DNA of 64,000 nt from Eubacteriales bacterium. Lineage in GTDB: Bacteria; Bacillota; Clostridia; Christensenellales; CAG-314. Within the stretch, counting starts at the first letter, position 1, and every line of letters begins with the position of its first letter. The notes under the pieces were generated by a model. That model was not told the DNA's origin and did no database searches. It was given only the letters and a program-made list of their open reading frames with translations. The DNA is taken from assembly GCA_035446985.1 (NCBI GenBank), contig DAOTGG010000001.1, positions 17,981 through 81,980 on the forward strand, given 5' to 3'. A program made the translations under genes and the position numbers. Below are positions 10,751 through 21,288 of the stretch, in pieces.

Positions 10751-11248
10751 ATGAAAATACTGATTGGCAAAGTCGTCAAACCTCAGGGAATAAAAGGCGA
10801 AATCAAAATTTCGTCCGCTATTGACGACAACGAACAATTAAAAACCGTCACGCATTTTTATTTCGGCGAAAAACGAATGGACGTAATATCTATTCGTGTT
10901 TCGTCGGGTTTTGTTTTTGCGCAAATTGACGGCATTAACGACCGTGACAAAGCCGAAACGTTGCGCAACTGGGAAGTTTACGCCGACAGGGAAGAAATTT
11001 ATGTGCCGAGCGGCAGTTTTCTTATCGCCGACCTTATCGGCAGCCAAGTGTACCTTGATGACGCAACGGCGATAGGCGAACTAACGGAAATATTACAGTA
11101 CGGAGCGGCGGACGTTTACATTGTTCACGGCAAAAAAACCGTGCAGTTTCCTTTTTTGAAAGATTTAGTCGTAAATATTGACATTGAAGCAAAAACGATA
11201 ACTTTAAAAAAATCCCGATTTATGGAGGTCGCTTTGTATGAAGATTGA
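10751..11248 (+). CDS. rimM: 16S rRNA processing protein RimM
   Basis: 165 aa. IGKVVKPQGIKGEIKI N-terminus and a PRC-barrel C-terminus. rpsP-rimM-trmD synteny. Confidence 0.9.
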   Translation: MKILIGKVVKPQGIKGEIKISSAIDDNEQLKTVTHFYFGEKRMDVISIRVSSGFVFAQIDGINDRDKAETLRNWEVYADREEIYVPSGSFLIADLIGSQVYLDDATAIGELTEILQYGAADVYIVHGKKTVQFPFLKDLVVNIDIEAKTITLKKSRFMEVALYED

Positions 11249-11909
11249 CATACTTACGATTTTCCCCGAAATGTTCGATAGCTTGAAAGTATCGCTTTTG
11301 GGTAAAGCAACCGAAAAAAATCTGCTTCAAATATCGACACATGACATACGCGAATACTCGGCGGACAAGCACCACAAGACCGACGACTATACGTTCGGCG
11401 GCGGCGCGGGTATGATTATGACTCCGCAGCCCATACACGACTGCATAGACGCGGTTGACCCCGCACACAAGGCTTTGCGTATTTATATGTCGCCAAAGGG
11501 CAAAAAACTTGACCAAAATTTGGTAAAACAGCTTGCCGAAAAAGATTATATACTTTTATTATGCGGTCATTATGAAGGCGTGGATCAGCGCGTTATCGAT
11601 TTTGATATCGATATGGAGCTTTCCATTGGCGATTACGTTTTGACTGGAGGCGAAATTCCCGCTATGGCGGTGGTGGACGCGGTCGCCAGGTACGTCCCCA
11701 GCGTACTTGGCAGCGAAAACGCAACCGATGAAGAAAGTTTTTCCGACGGAATGCTCGAATATCCGCAGTACACCCGTCCGCAAGTATATTTAGGAATGGA
11801 AGTGCCGTCCGTGTTGGTGTCGGGCGACCACAAAAAAATAGCCGAATGGCGAAAGGAACAATCGGAGTTATTGACGAAGAAAAACCGTCCCGATTTAGTT
11901 AAAAAATAA
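11238..11909 (+). CDS. trmD: tRNA (guanine37-N1)-methyltransferase
   Basis: 223 aa. ILTIFPEMF, LLCGHYEGVDQRV and LSIGDYVLTGGE motifs. Confidence 0.95.
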   Translation: MKIDILTIFPEMFDSLKVSLLGKATEKNLLQISTHDIREYSADKHHKTDDYTFGGGAGMIMTPQPIHDCIDAVDPAHKALRIYMSPKGKKLDQNLVKQLAEKDYILLLCGHYEGVDQRVIDFDIDMELSIGDYVLTGGEIPAMAVVDAVARYVPSVLGSENATDEESFSDGMLEYPQYTRPQVYLGMEVPSVLVSGDHKKIAEWRKEQSELLTKKNRPDLVKK

Positions 11910-12751
11910 TGAAAATTCAATGGTTTCCAGGTCATATGACAAAAGCTTTGCGACTTATGCGTGAAAGCGTCAAGGCTGTAGACATAATAGGCTACGTCCT
12001 GGACGCGCGCGCCCCTTACGCGTGCTTAAATCCCGAGTTTGAGACTTTGACCGACAGAAAACCGTGTCTTATTATATTGAATAAAGCCGACTTGGCGGAC
12101 AGCGCGAAAGTCGAAAAATGGAAAAATTATTTTGAAAGCAAAGGGGAAACGACGGTCGTCGTTTCTTCCGTAAATATAAACGAAAGCAAAACGCTTTCGT
12201 CCGCCTTTTTAACAATCGCAAAACCCGTAACGGAAAAATACGCGAAGAAAGGCGTGTTTAAACCCGTAAGAGCGATGATAATCGGCGTGCCGAACTCGGG
12301 CAAGTCAACGCTCATAAACTGCGTTTCCACCCGCAAACTCGCCGTAACGGGCGATAAACCTGGCGTCACAAAAGGCAAACAATGGGTAAGGCTATCAAAC
12401 GGAATCGAGCTTATGGATACCCCGGGGACATTGTGGCCAAAATTTATCGACGACAAGACTGCGCAGCACCTTGTTTATATCGGCAGCATAAAAGACGATA
12501 TTATCGATATCGTCGAAGCGGCGGCTTTGTTTTTGGAAGAGCTTTCGGTTATGTACCCCGATTCATTAAAAGAGCGGTACGGCTTGACCGATTTAGATAA
12601 AAAACCTTATGAAATAATGCTTGATATTTGCGTTAAACGCGGATATGTTTTACGCGGCGGCGAGTACGACACGGAGCGTTGTGCAAAAGCGATTTTGGAT
12701 GATTTTCGCAAAGGACGGCTTGGAAAAATTACTTTGGAGAGTCCGCAATGA
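11909..12751 (+). CDS. rbgA: Ribosome biogenesis GTPase A (YlqF)
   Basis: 280 aa. IQWFPGHMTKA and circularly permuted GTPase motifs (NKADL, GVPNSGKSTLIN, DTPG). Confidence 0.9.
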   Translation: MKIQWFPGHMTKALRLMRESVKAVDIIGYVLDARAPYACLNPEFETLTDRKPCLIILNKADLADSAKVEKWKNYFESKGETTVVVSSVNINESKTLSSAFLTIAKPVTEKYAKKGVFKPVRAMIIGVPNSGKSTLINCVSTRKLAVTGDKPGVTKGKQWVRLSNGIELMDTPGTLWPKFIDDKTAQHLVYIGSIKDDIIDIVEAAALFLEELSVMYPDSLKERYGLTDLDKKPYEIMLDICVKRGYVLRGGEYDTERCAKAILDDFRKGRLGKITLESPQ

Positions 12752-13338
12752 TAGAGTTTGAATACGAAATGTTTAAATACAAACGTCTTGCGGGGGTGGA
12801 TGAAGTAGGGCGAGGTCCGCTTGCTGGTCCTGTCGTTTGCGCTTGCGTGAGTCTGCCGCTTGACGACCTTATCGAAGGAGTGCGCGACAGCAAAAAACTC
12901 ACGGCTTTACAAAGAGAGAGACTTTACGAAAAGATAATGGCAAAAGCGATAGACTGCAAAATAGCTATGCGCGACCATAATATAATCGACGAAATAAATA
13001 TATTAAACGCCACAAAAGAAGCTATGACGGAGTGTATCAACGCCGTAACTGCCGAGCTTGATTACGTGCTTATCGACGCCGTGCCGATAAAAAACGCGAA
13101 ATTCCCGACAAGGTCTTTTATAAAAGGCGACGACCTTAGTTATCTAATAGGCGCAGCAAGCATAGTAGCGAAAGTAACGAGAGACCGCATTATGTGCGAA
13201 TACGACCACACTTACAGCGGATACGGTTTCGGGCAAAATAAAGGATACGGAACAAAACAGCATATAGAAGCGATAAAATCGCTGGGGCTTACGCCCATAC
13301 ATAGACGAACTTTCGTCAAAAAAATTATAGAGTTATGA
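12748..13338 (+). CDS. rnhB: Ribonuclease HII
   Basis: 196 aa. AGVDEVGRGPLAGPVV, DSKKLT and YGFGQNKGYGTKQH motifs. Confidence 0.9.
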   Translation: MIEFEYEMFKYKRLAGVDEVGRGPLAGPVVCACVSLPLDDLIEGVRDSKKLTALQRERLYEKIMAKAIDCKIAMRDHNIIDEINILNATKEAMTECINAVTAELDYVLIDAVPIKNAKFPTRSFIKGDDLSYLIGAASIVAKVTRDRIMCEYDHTYSGYGFGQNKGYGTKQHIEAIKSLGLTPIHRRTFVKKIIEL

Positions 13339-13685
13339 ACACTCGATTACTTGGCGGCTTGGGTGAAAAACAAGCCGTAATGTATCTGAAAAAACATCAT
13401 TATAAAATAATAGAAACCAACTATTTTTGCCGTTTCGGCGAGATAGATATAATAGCAAAAAAAGACAACATATTAATATTTGTAGAAGTAAAAAGTCGCG
13501 CCGACAATAGTTTCGGCTCGCCAGCGGAAGCTGTAACGCCGAGAAAACAGCAAAAAATTATCACGGTGGCAAAAAATTACATAGCCGAACACGGCGTTAA
13601 TAATACGCAGATTAGGTTCGACGTTGTGGAAATAATCGATAAAAAAACCAACCATATTTTAGACGCGTTCAGAGTGGAAAATTAA
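13335..13685 (+). CDS. yraN: YraN family (UPF0102) endonuclease-like protein
   Basis: 116 aa. GEKQAVMYLKKHHYKIIETNY...GEIDIIA...FVEVK pattern. Follows rnhB as in many Firmicutes. Confidence 0.85.
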   Translation: MNTRLLGGLGEKQAVMYLKKHHYKIIETNYFCRFGEIDIIAKKDNILIFVEVKSRADNSFGSPAEAVTPRKQQKIITVAKNYIAEHGVNNTQIRFDVVEIIDKKTNHILDAFRVEN

Positions 13686-13821
13686 ACAAAAAATTAAATA
13701 AATTCGCTTGCCTAATACGCTGTTAATATGATATTATAATCAAGTGACTTCGGGCGGTCCAATGGCAGAAAAAATGCGTATGAACGCTTAGTTAACTTAA
13801 CCAAAGGAGGAAAAGTCAATA

Positions 13822-14166
13822 ATGGACATCATCACAACAATTGAAAACGAGGGTTTGAAACAAGATATACCCGCATTTAACGTCGGCGACACCGTCAGAG
13901 TTATGTTTAAGGTTATTGAAGGTAACAAAGAAAGAATACAGGCGTATGAAGGTATCGTTATCGCCCGCAAACACGGCGGATTGCGCGAAACTTTCACCGT
14001 CAGACACATTTCTTCGGGTATCGGCGTTGAACGTACTTTCCCGATTCACTCTCCGAAAATTGAAAAAGTTGAAATTATCCGTAAAGGTAAAGTAAGACGC
14101 GCGAAACTTTATTATCTGCGCGAACGTACAGGCAAAGCGGCTAAAATCAAAGAAAGCATTAAATAA
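13822..14166 (+). CDS. rplS: 50S ribosomal protein L19
   Basis: 114 aa. [11 protein letters not shown]...[18 protein letters not shown]...FTVR. AAAGGAGG RBS. Confidence 0.95.
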   Translation: MDIITTIENEGLKQDIPAFNVGDTVRVMFKVIEGNKERIQAYEGIVIARKHGGLRETFTVRHISSGIGVERTFPIHSPKIEKVEIIRKGKVRRAKLYYLRERTGKAAKIKESIK

Positions 14167-14179
14167 TTTAGTACAAAAG

Positions 14180-14217
14180 AAAGCAATTCAGAATTACGAA
14201 TTGCTTTTTTTATTTTT
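14180..14217 (+). terminator. Intrinsic terminator after rplS
   Basis: AAAGCAATTC (14180-14189) pairs with GAATTGCTTT (14198-14207), followed by TTTTTTATTTTT. Confidence 0.8.
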
Positions 14218-14354
14218 CTAGTCTTTCGTATTTTATTAAAATCAAAATTATAAAAAATCCAGTTTAATGAAAAAAATTAGTCAAAAAGCAATCTTAATAA
14301 AAGGTTGTTTTTTCTTTTTATTTTTGCTGTTTTGGTAAATAATGTAAAAAAACC

Positions 14355-14383
14355 TTGTCATTTTTATTTTTCGAATATATAAT
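14355..14383 (+). promoter_or_regulatory. Candidate sigma-A promoter for comM (TTGTCA-17-TATAAT)
   Basis: TTGTCA at 14355-14360, 17-nt spacer, TATAAT at 14378-14383. Confidence 0.5.
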
Positions 14384-14407
14384 ACAAAAAAACCTTTAGG
14401 AGAAACT

Positions 14408-15934
14408 ATGCTTTCAAAGATATACAGTTTTGGGCTTAACGGTCTTAACGGCTACCCTGTAACGCTGGAAGCGGATATCCAAAACGGACTGCCGTCTTGC
14501 AATATCGTGGGGCTTGCCGATACCGCCGTAAAGGAAGCGAAAGAAAGGGTTAGAGCTGCGTTAAAAAACAGCGGATACAAGTATCCGCTGGCGTCTATTG
14601 TCATCAATCTCGCTCCCGCCGATACGAAAAAAGAAGGCACAGTGTATGACCTTGCTATGGCTTTGGCGGTTTTAATTTCGTCCGCGCAAATCACCGCCGC
14701 TTCTTCAAAAGAATATATCGTCTTGGGCGAACTGTCGCTTAACGGCGACGTCAGATACGTTTCGGGACTGCTTCCAATGCTTATTTCCGCAAAACAGCAA
14801 GGTTATAAAAAAGCCGTAATACCTTTGGCAAACCGCGACGAAGCGAAATATATTGACGAAGTGGAAATTTACGCCGTTTCGTCATTAGCGGAGACCGTGG
14901 ATTTTTTGAGCGGAGCAAAGACGCTGGAAAAAATCGAAACGGAAAAATGGAGCGGAAATTCGTCATACAATACCGACAACGGCGATATAAAATATATCAA
15001 AGGACAGTACGCTGCAAAAAGAGCGATGGAAATAGCCGTCGCAGGGGGACATAATATTTTACTTATCGGTCCGCCGGGGGCTGGTAAAACTATGCTTGCC
15101 CGCGCTGTACCGTCGATAATGCCCGACCTTACTTTTGAAGAAGCGTTGGAAGTGGCAAAAATCCACAGCGTAGCGGGAACGCTTGACGGCGGCTTCGTTT
15201 TCAGCCGACCTTTCCGTTCTCCGCACCATACCGCCACAATGGTAGCGTTAACAGGCGGCGGAACGAAAACTCATCCGGGCGAAATCAGTCTTGCTCATAA
15301 CGGAGTATTGTTCCTTGACGAGCTGCCCGAATACACACGTCAAACATTGGAAGCGTTGCGGCAGCCGCTTGAAGACGGCGTTATAACGGTTTCCCGTGCG
15401 CAAGGCAGCGTAACGTACCCGGCCAATTTTATGCTTATCGCCAGTATGAACCCTTGCCCGTGCGGCAACTACGGCAGCGAAACAAGACCCTGCACTTGTT
15501 CGGCAAGTCAGATACATAAATATCTGTCAAAACTTTCGGGACCGTTACTCGACCGAATAGATATTCATATCGAAGTGGGAAGCGTGACGTACGGCGAACT
15601 AAGCGGAAACGGAGAAAGCGAATCTTCCGTGACTGTTAGAGAAAGAGTAAATAAAGCCCGCGAAATACAAGAAAGCCGCTATATCGGCTCAAAAACTCAT
15701 TGCAACTCGCATATGACGAGCGGAGAACTGAAAAAATATTGCAAACTGGACTCAAAAAGTTCCGACCTTATAGAAATGTCTTTTGAAAGGCTAAATTTAT
15801 CGGCAAGAGCTTACAGCAGAATAATCAAAGTCGCCCGCACGATAGCCGACCTTGACGGAAGCGAGGTTATTCGTCCGCAAGACATTGCCGAAGCTATACA
15901 ATACCGCTCGCTCGATAGAAAATACAGAGTATAA
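14408..15934 (+). CDS. comM: Mg-chelatase-like AAA+ protein YifB/ComM
   Basis: 508 aa. Lon-protease-like N-domain, Walker A GPPGAGKTMLA, Walker B GVLFLDELPE, CPCGNYGS...CTCS zinc motif. Confidence 0.9.
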   Translation: MLSKIYSFGLNGLNGYPVTLEADIQNGLPSCNIVGLADTAVKEAKERVRAALKNSGYKYPLASIVINLAPADTKKEGTVYDLAMALAVLISSAQITAASSKEYIVLGELSLNGDVRYVSGLLPMLISAKQQGYKKAVIPLANRDEAKYIDEVEIYAVSSLAETVDFLSGAKTLEKIETEKWSGNSSYNTDNGDIKYIKGQYAAKRAMEIAVAGGHNILLIGPPGAGKTMLARAVPSIMPDLTFEEALEVAKIHSVAGTLDGGFVFSRPFRSPHHTATMVALTGGGTKTHPGEISLAHNGVLFLDELPEYTRQTLEALRQPLEDGVITVSRAQGSVTYPANFMLIASMNPCPCGNYGSETRPCTCSASQIHKYLSKLSGPLLDRIDIHIEVGSVTYGELSGNGESESSVTVRERVNKAREIQESRYIGSKTHCNSHMTSGELKKYCKLDSKSSDLIEMSFERLNLSARAYSRIIKVARTIADLDGSEVIRPQDIAEAIQYRSLDRKYRV

Positions 15935-16151
15935 AAAACTTTTATAAGAGATAAAAAACATATTAAGACAGCATCCGACAAGGAAATATTTTAAAAAGTT
16001 ATATGCCCAAAAGAAAATTATTTATCAACCACTGACCACTTTGGTCAGTAGATGTTTAGAAATAATATTGCAAGGTTGGCATTGAAAATTTAAAATATTA
16101 ACTAAAAAAATATTTACAAGATAAATAAATTAACTAATAAAATAGGAAAGA

Positions 16152-17234
16152 ATGAAGTTAGAAGAAAAACTGTGTTTGATAATGTCGTCGCTCGAAATAA
16201 GCAATAATAAGCAGAGAGAGTTGTTTTCCTGCGTGGATTTGGAGCTACTGTGGACAAACTTTTACGACGACAATCAAAAAATAAAAAAGATACTCGGCGA
16301 AAAGGATTTGTCAAGATTAAAAAGCAGTCTTAATCAGACTTATCTTGACGCGATTATTACGCAGATTGAAAAAAACGGCGTTACTGCCGTTACTTATTTT
16401 TCGCCCGAATATCCGCAAAAACTCAAAGATATTCCCGATCCGCCTTATACCTTGTACTGCAAAGGCGACGTTAGCTTGCTTAATTCCGACGGTATCGCAG
16501 TCGTCGGCACAAGAAAAATTTCCGCTTACGGTCGACGGGTTACGGCGCATTTTACCGACGAATTAGCAAAGCATTTCACCATTATTTCGGGCTTGGCTTA
16601 CGGAGTGGACACCGTAGCACACGAAGTTACGCTAAAAGCGGGCGGCAAAACTATCGCCGTCTTAGGCAGCGGCGTATGTTACATTTACCCCGCCGCAAAC
16701 GAAAATCTGGCAAGAAAAATACTCGAAAACGGCGGACTTATCGTATCGGAATTTGGTGTTTTCGGCGAACCGAATAACTATCATTTTCCTATGCGCAATC
16801 GTATAGTTTCGGGACTTTCGCAAGCGTTATTGATTACTGAAGCTCCGTTAAAAAGCGGAACTATGACAACGCTAGAACACGCTTTGGAGCAAGGAAAAGA
16901 CGTATTCGCCGTTCCAGGCGAAATATATTCGCAAAACTCAATGGGCTGTAACGAACTATTAAAAAGGCTTCAAGGAGCGCTCGTTACCGACCCGAAAGAC
17001 ATTTTGCGCGATATGAACGTCAGGTACGAAAAAAAAGAAAAGAAGTCTATTCAACTTGACTTAACACAGCAAAGTGTAGTAAATTTGTTAATTACTGGAA
17101 AGAAAAATTTTGACGAGCTAGTGGAAACTACAAAATTAAACCCGTCCGAGCTTGCGTTTATTTTGTCAAACCTAGAGCTAATGGGCTGTATAATGAAACT
17201 TCCAGGCAATGTTTATCAATATATGGAGGACTAA
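16152..17234 (+). CDS. dprA: DNA processing protein DprA (Smf)
   Basis: 360 aa. VVGTRKISAYG, GLAYGVDTVAH and FPMRNRIVSGLS motifs. Followed by topA as in Bacillus. Confidence 0.9.
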   Translation: MKLEEKLCLIMSSLEISNNKQRELFSCVDLELLWTNFYDDNQKIKKILGEKDLSRLKSSLNQTYLDAIITQIEKNGVTAVTYFSPEYPQKLKDIPDPPYTLYCKGDVSLLNSDGIAVVGTRKISAYGRRVTAHFTDELAKHFTIISGLAYGVDTVAHEVTLKAGGKTIAVLGSGVCYIYPAANENLARKILENGGLIVSEFGVFGEPNNYHFPMRNRIVSGLSQALLITEAPLKSGTMTTLEHALEQGKDVFAVPGEIYSQNSMGCNELLKRLQGALVTDPKDILRDMNVRYEKKEKKSIQLDLTQQSVVNLLITGKKNFDELVETTKLNPSELAFILSNLELMGCIMKLPGNVYQYMED

Positions 17235-17237
17235 CAA

Positions 17238-19442
17238 GTGAAGCTTGTTATAGTGGAATCACCCGCAAAAGCCAAAACGATAGCTAAATATCTTGGAGAA
17301 GGTTATTACGTCGACGCTTCGGGGGGACATGTAAGAGATTTACCCGTAAAAAAACTCGGCGTAGACTTAAAAAATAATTACGAGCCTATTTATGAAATCA
17401 CGGAAGGAAAAAACGAAACGATAGACAGGCTTATGAAAAAGGCAAGCAAAGCCGAACAAGTATATTTGGCTACCGACCCTGACCGCGAAGGCGAAGCTAT
17501 TTCGTGGCACTTATCAAACGCGTTAAAACTTGACGGAAACCTTAAAAACCGCATAATGTTTAACGAAATAAGCAAAAACGCGGTGCAAAAAGCCTTGGAA
17601 AAACCCGACTATATCAATATGAATCTCGTCAACGCTCAGCAAGCGCGCAGAGTGTTGGATAGACTCGTCGGCTATAAGGTTTCTCCCGTATTATGCAAAA
17701 AAATTCAACCGAAACTTTCCGCGGGCAGAGTGCAGTCCGCGGCTTTAAAAATAATCGTAGACCGTGAGCGCGAGATAAAAGCGTTTGTTTCCGAAGAATA
17801 TTGGACGATTACGGCGCTGCTTGAAAAAGCGGGCGAACAGCCGTCCTTCAAAGCGTTACTCGCTACCGCCGATGGCAAAAAAATCAAAATTTCTGATAAA
17901 ACGCAATGCGACGAGATTTTGAAAAATATAGGTAATAATCCTTTTGCGGTCTCGTCAGTCAAAAAAACAGTCACCAATTCTTCGCCTTATCCGCCTTTTA
18001 CCACAAGCACAATGCAGCAGGACGCGGGCAACAAACTGAAATTCACCTCAAAAACGACTATGTCGCTTGCGCAGCAGCTGTATGAAGGCGTGGAAATCGA
18101 CGGCGAACATATCGCTCTCGTAACATACATCCGTACGGACTCGGTAAGAATTTCCGCCGACGCTCAAAACTCGGCAAGAGAATATATAAAAGAAAAATTC
18201 GGCAGTAAATACGTTCCCGAAAAGCCGAATTTTTACGCTACAAAAAAAGCGGCGCAGGACGCCCACGAAGCAATAAGACCGATTAACTTAGCGGTAACCC
18301 CAGAAAGTTTAAAAGGCAAAATTCAGCCTAATATGCAAAAGCTTTATACGCTTATCTACACCAGATTTTTGGCAAGTCAAGCGGCGAAAGCGGTATACGA
18401 CAGCGTGAGCGTCGTTATTGACTGCGATAAATACGGTTTCAAGGCAAACGGACGCACGGTTGTTTTCGACGGTTACACACGCATTTACGGCGAGCATAAA
18501 AACACCGACGACGAAGAAGAAAACGCGAAGTTGCCGTCTTTGGCTGTAGGTGACAATCTTTTAAATAAAGGTATTACGCCCGAGCAAAAGTTTACGAAAG
18601 CTCCCGCCCGTTACACCGAAGCTTCTTTGATAAAAACTATGGAAGAAAACGGCATAGGAAGACCAAGCACTTTTTCCACAATTTTGTCAACGCTTTACTC
18701 GAGAACTTACGTCGAAAAAGACGGAAAATCGCTAATGCCCACGGAACTGGGATTTACGGTAACGGAATACCTGGAAAAATATTTTGCCGACATAGTGGAC
18801 GTGGAATTTACGGCGGGCATGGAGACAAAACTTGACGACATCGAAGAAAAATCGGCGGACTGGCGCAATATCGTCGACGAGTTTTACAAGCCGCTTGAGG
18901 AAAAAATAAACTCGGCAAAAACGAGCGAAATCGTGATGCTGCCCGATGAAAAAATCGATCAAAAATGCGAGAAATGCGGCTCTCCCATGGTTTTAAAGAT
19001 GGGCAGATTCGGCAAATATTTAGCTTGCTCAAATACCGAATGCGATTTTAAAAAAAGCCTGAAAAAAGCCGCACCTGTCGTTATGACGGATGTTCTTTGC
19101 GATAAATGCGGCGCGCCTATGGTGGAAAGATTGTCTAAATACGGCAAGTTTTTGGCATGCAGCAATTACCCGACTTGCAAAAACACCAAAACCGTTAATG
19201 AAAAAGCTGGCGTTTGCCCCGACTGCGGCGCAGACCTTATTAAAAGAATGTCAAAATACGGCAAGCCTTTTTACGGCTGTTCAAATTATCCTAAATGCAA
19301 ATTTATTTCATGGGACAAACCCGTAGACAAAAAATGCCCCGATTGCGGCGGCGGTATGGTATTGAAAGAATATAAAAACGGCGCGAAATATAAATGTATA
19401 AATAAAGACTGCGGACATATCGAGGACGCGAATGAAAGTTAA
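17238..19442 (+). CDS. topA: DNA topoisomerase I with four C-terminal zinc ribbons
   Basis: GTG start. LVIVESPAKAKTI, Toprim DPDREGEAISWH, active-site VTYIRTDS. Four CxxC...C-x-N-x(2,3)-C ribbons at the C-terminus. Confidence 0.95.
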   Translation: MKLVIVESPAKAKTIAKYLGEGYYVDASGGHVRDLPVKKLGVDLKNNYEPIYEITEGKNETIDRLMKKASKAEQVYLATDPDREGEAISWHLSNALKLDGNLKNRIMFNEISKNAVQKALEKPDYINMNLVNAQQARRVLDRLVGYKVSPVLCKKIQPKLSAGRVQSAALKIIVDREREIKAFVSEEYWTITALLEKAGEQPSFKALLATADGKKIKISDKTQCDEILKNIGNNPFAVSSVKKTVTNSSPYPPFTTSTMQQDAGNKLKFTSKTTMSLAQQLYEGVEIDGEHIALVTYIRTDSVRISADAQNSAREYIKEKFGSKYVPEKPNFYATKKAAQDAHEAIRPINLAVTPESLKGKIQPNMQKLYTLIYTRFLASQAAKAVYDSVSVVIDCDKYGFKANGRTVVFDGYTRIYGEHKNTDDEEENAKLPSLAVGDNLLNKGITPEQKFTKAPARYTEASLIKTMEENGIGRPSTFSTILSTLYSRTYVEKDGKSLMPTELGFTVTEYLEKYFADIVDVEFTAGMETKLDDIEEKSADWRNIVDEFYKPLEEKINSAKTSEIVMLPDEKIDQKCEKCGSPMVLKMGRFGKYLACSNTECDFKKSLKKAAPVVMTDVLCDKCGAPMVERLSKYGKFLACSNYPTCKNTKTVNEKAGVCPDCGADLIKRMSKYGKPFYGCSNYPKCKFISWDKPVDKKCPDCGGGMVLKEYKNGAKYKCINKDCGHIEDANES

Positions 19443-20730
19443 AATTTTCGGCGCGGGGCTCGCTGGAGCGGAAGCGGCTTGGCAGGCGGCAAAAAGGGGA
19501 GCGCAGGTAACTTTATACGAAATGAAGCCAAGAGAGTTTTCCCCCGCTCATCATAATTCTAATTTTGCGGAATTGCTTTGCTCAAATTCGCTGAAATCCA
19601 ACGACCCGAACACAGCTTCGGGTTTACTTAAAAATGAGTTGAGAGCGTTAGACAGTATGCTTATTTCAGTCGCCGACAGCTGCGCCGTACCAGCGGGAAG
19701 CGCGTTGGCGGTTGACAGAGATATTTTTGCCCAGAAAGTTACCGAAAAACTTAAAACCCAAAAAAATATAAAAATAATAAATGAAACCGTATCGAAAATA
19801 AGCGTTGACGATGATGAAATTTTAATAATAGCCACAGGACCGCTAACGCACGAAAGTCTTTTGCCGTCGCTTCAAAATCTTTTGGGAGAGCAATTTTTGC
19901 ACTTTTTTGACGCCGTTGCGCCTATCGTCACCGCGGACAGTATAGATTTTGACAGCGCGTTTATCGGCGGCAGATACGGCAAAGGCGACGATTACGTTAA
20001 CTGTCCAATGAATAAAGCGGAATTTGAGCTTTTTTGGGAAGAATTAGTTAACGCTGAGACAGCCCAAATAAAAGATTTTGAAAACAATGTTTTTGAAAGC
20101 TGTATGCCAATAGAAGTAATGGCAAAACGCGGTCGCGACACCATTCGTTTCGGTCCGCTCAAACCCGTAGGGCTTTTTGACGAACGTAAAAGCGAGCGTC
20201 CTTACGCAGTATTGCAGCTAAGAAAGGAAAACGAAGCGGGAACGATATATAATCTTGTCGGCTTTCAAACTCACCTTACTTTCGGCGAGCAAAAAAGAGT
20301 TTTTTCTCTTATTCCAGCGTTAAAAAACGCCGAATTTGTCCGTTACGGAGTTATGCACAAAAATACGTTTATTAACGCGCCGAAAACTCTCGACAAATTT
20401 TTCAGACTGAAAAACAACCCGAAAATATTTTTTGCAGGGCAGATTTCGGGTGTGGAAGGCTACGTCGAGTCGATAGCGAGCGGACTGATGTGCGGAATAA
20501 ACGCCGTAAACACGCTCTCAGCTAAACCGTTGACAGAATTCGAAAATCAAACTATGATTGGAGCGTTAGCGGAATATATTTCCAGCCCTAACAGCGATTT
20601 TCAACCGATGAACGCTAATTACGGCATTTTACCCCCGATAGCGGGAAAATACAAAGACAAACAGTTAAAGAGAGCGGCTTTATCGCAGCGAGCTATGGAG
20701 TCGCTGAAAAATTCGATAAAAGGAGTGTAG
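19432..20730 (+). CDS. trmFO: Methylenetetrahydrofolate-tRNA-(uracil54-C5)-methyltransferase TrmFO (Gid)
   Basis: 432 aa. FAD motif IFGAGLAGAEAAWQ, LLCSNSLK, GFQTHLTFGEQKRV. topA-trmFO-hslVU synteny. Confidence 0.95.
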   Translation: MKVKIFGAGLAGAEAAWQAAKRGAQVTLYEMKPREFSPAHHNSNFAELLCSNSLKSNDPNTASGLLKNELRALDSMLISVADSCAVPAGSALAVDRDIFAQKVTEKLKTQKNIKIINETVSKISVDDDEILIIATGPLTHESLLPSLQNLLGEQFLHFFDAVAPIVTADSIDFDSAFIGGRYGKGDDYVNCPMNKAEFELFWEELVNAETAQIKDFENNVFESCMPIEVMAKRGRDTIRFGPLKPVGLFDERKSERPYAVLQLRKENEAGTIYNLVGFQTHLTFGEQKRVFSLIPALKNAEFVRYGVMHKNTFINAPKTLDKFFRLKNNPKIFFAGQISGVEGYVESIASGLMCGINAVNTLSAKPLTEFENQTMIGALAEYISSPNSDFQPMNANYGILPPIAGKYKDKQLKRAALSQRAMESLKNSIKGV

Positions 20731-20736
20731 AAAAAT

Positions 20737-21288
20737 ATGTCGGAAGTTTTTGCCGATAGTTTTAAAGGCACGACCATATGCGCCGTTATGCGCGACGGCA
20801 AAATTGCCATTGCAGGCGACGGTCAGGTCACACAAGGTCAAAACGTAGTAATGAAATCTAACGCGGTGAAAGTCCGCAGAATATACAACGATAAAGTAGC
20901 GGTAGGATTTGCGGGTACTGTTGCGGACGCATTTACGCTGACGGAAAAATTTGAGGAAATGCTGCAAAAATACAGCGGAAATCTTATGCGCGCGTCGGTG
21001 GAGCTTGCAAAGCTTTGGCGCAACGACAAAATGATGCGCAAGCTTGAAGCTATGATGATAGTAGCCGACAAAACTCACATTATGATGCTTTCTGGTAGCG
21101 GCGACGTAATAGAACCCGAAAACGGTGTTTGCGCAATCGGCAGCGGCGGCAATTACGCATTAGCTGCGGCAAGAGCGTTGACCGAAAACACAAAACTTTC
21201 CGCAAGCGAAATAGCGAGAAAATCATTGGAAATCGCAAGCACGATTTGCGTTTTCACAAACGGTAATATAACGGTGGAGGAACTATAA
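20737..21288 (+). CDS. hslV: ATP-dependent protease subunit HslV
   Basis: 183 aa. GTTICAV...IAGDGQVT and [14 protein letters not shown] motifs. Confidence 0.95.
   Translation: MSEVFADSFKGTTICAVMRDGKIAIAGDGQVTQGQNVVMKSNAVKVRRIYNDKVAVGFAGTVADAFTLTEKFEEMLQKYSGNLMRASVELAKLWRNDKMMRKLEAMMIVADKTHIMMLSGSGDVIEPENGVCAIGSGGNYALAAARALTENTKLSASEIARKSLEIASTICVFTNGNITVEEL

Noticed and set aside
16031-16049. Perfect 8-bp hairpin ACTGACCA-CTT-TGGTCAGT after comM, considered as a terminator.
   Set aside because: It has a 3-nt loop and no downstream T-run (AGATGTTT). The evidence is insufficient to call an intrinsic terminator.
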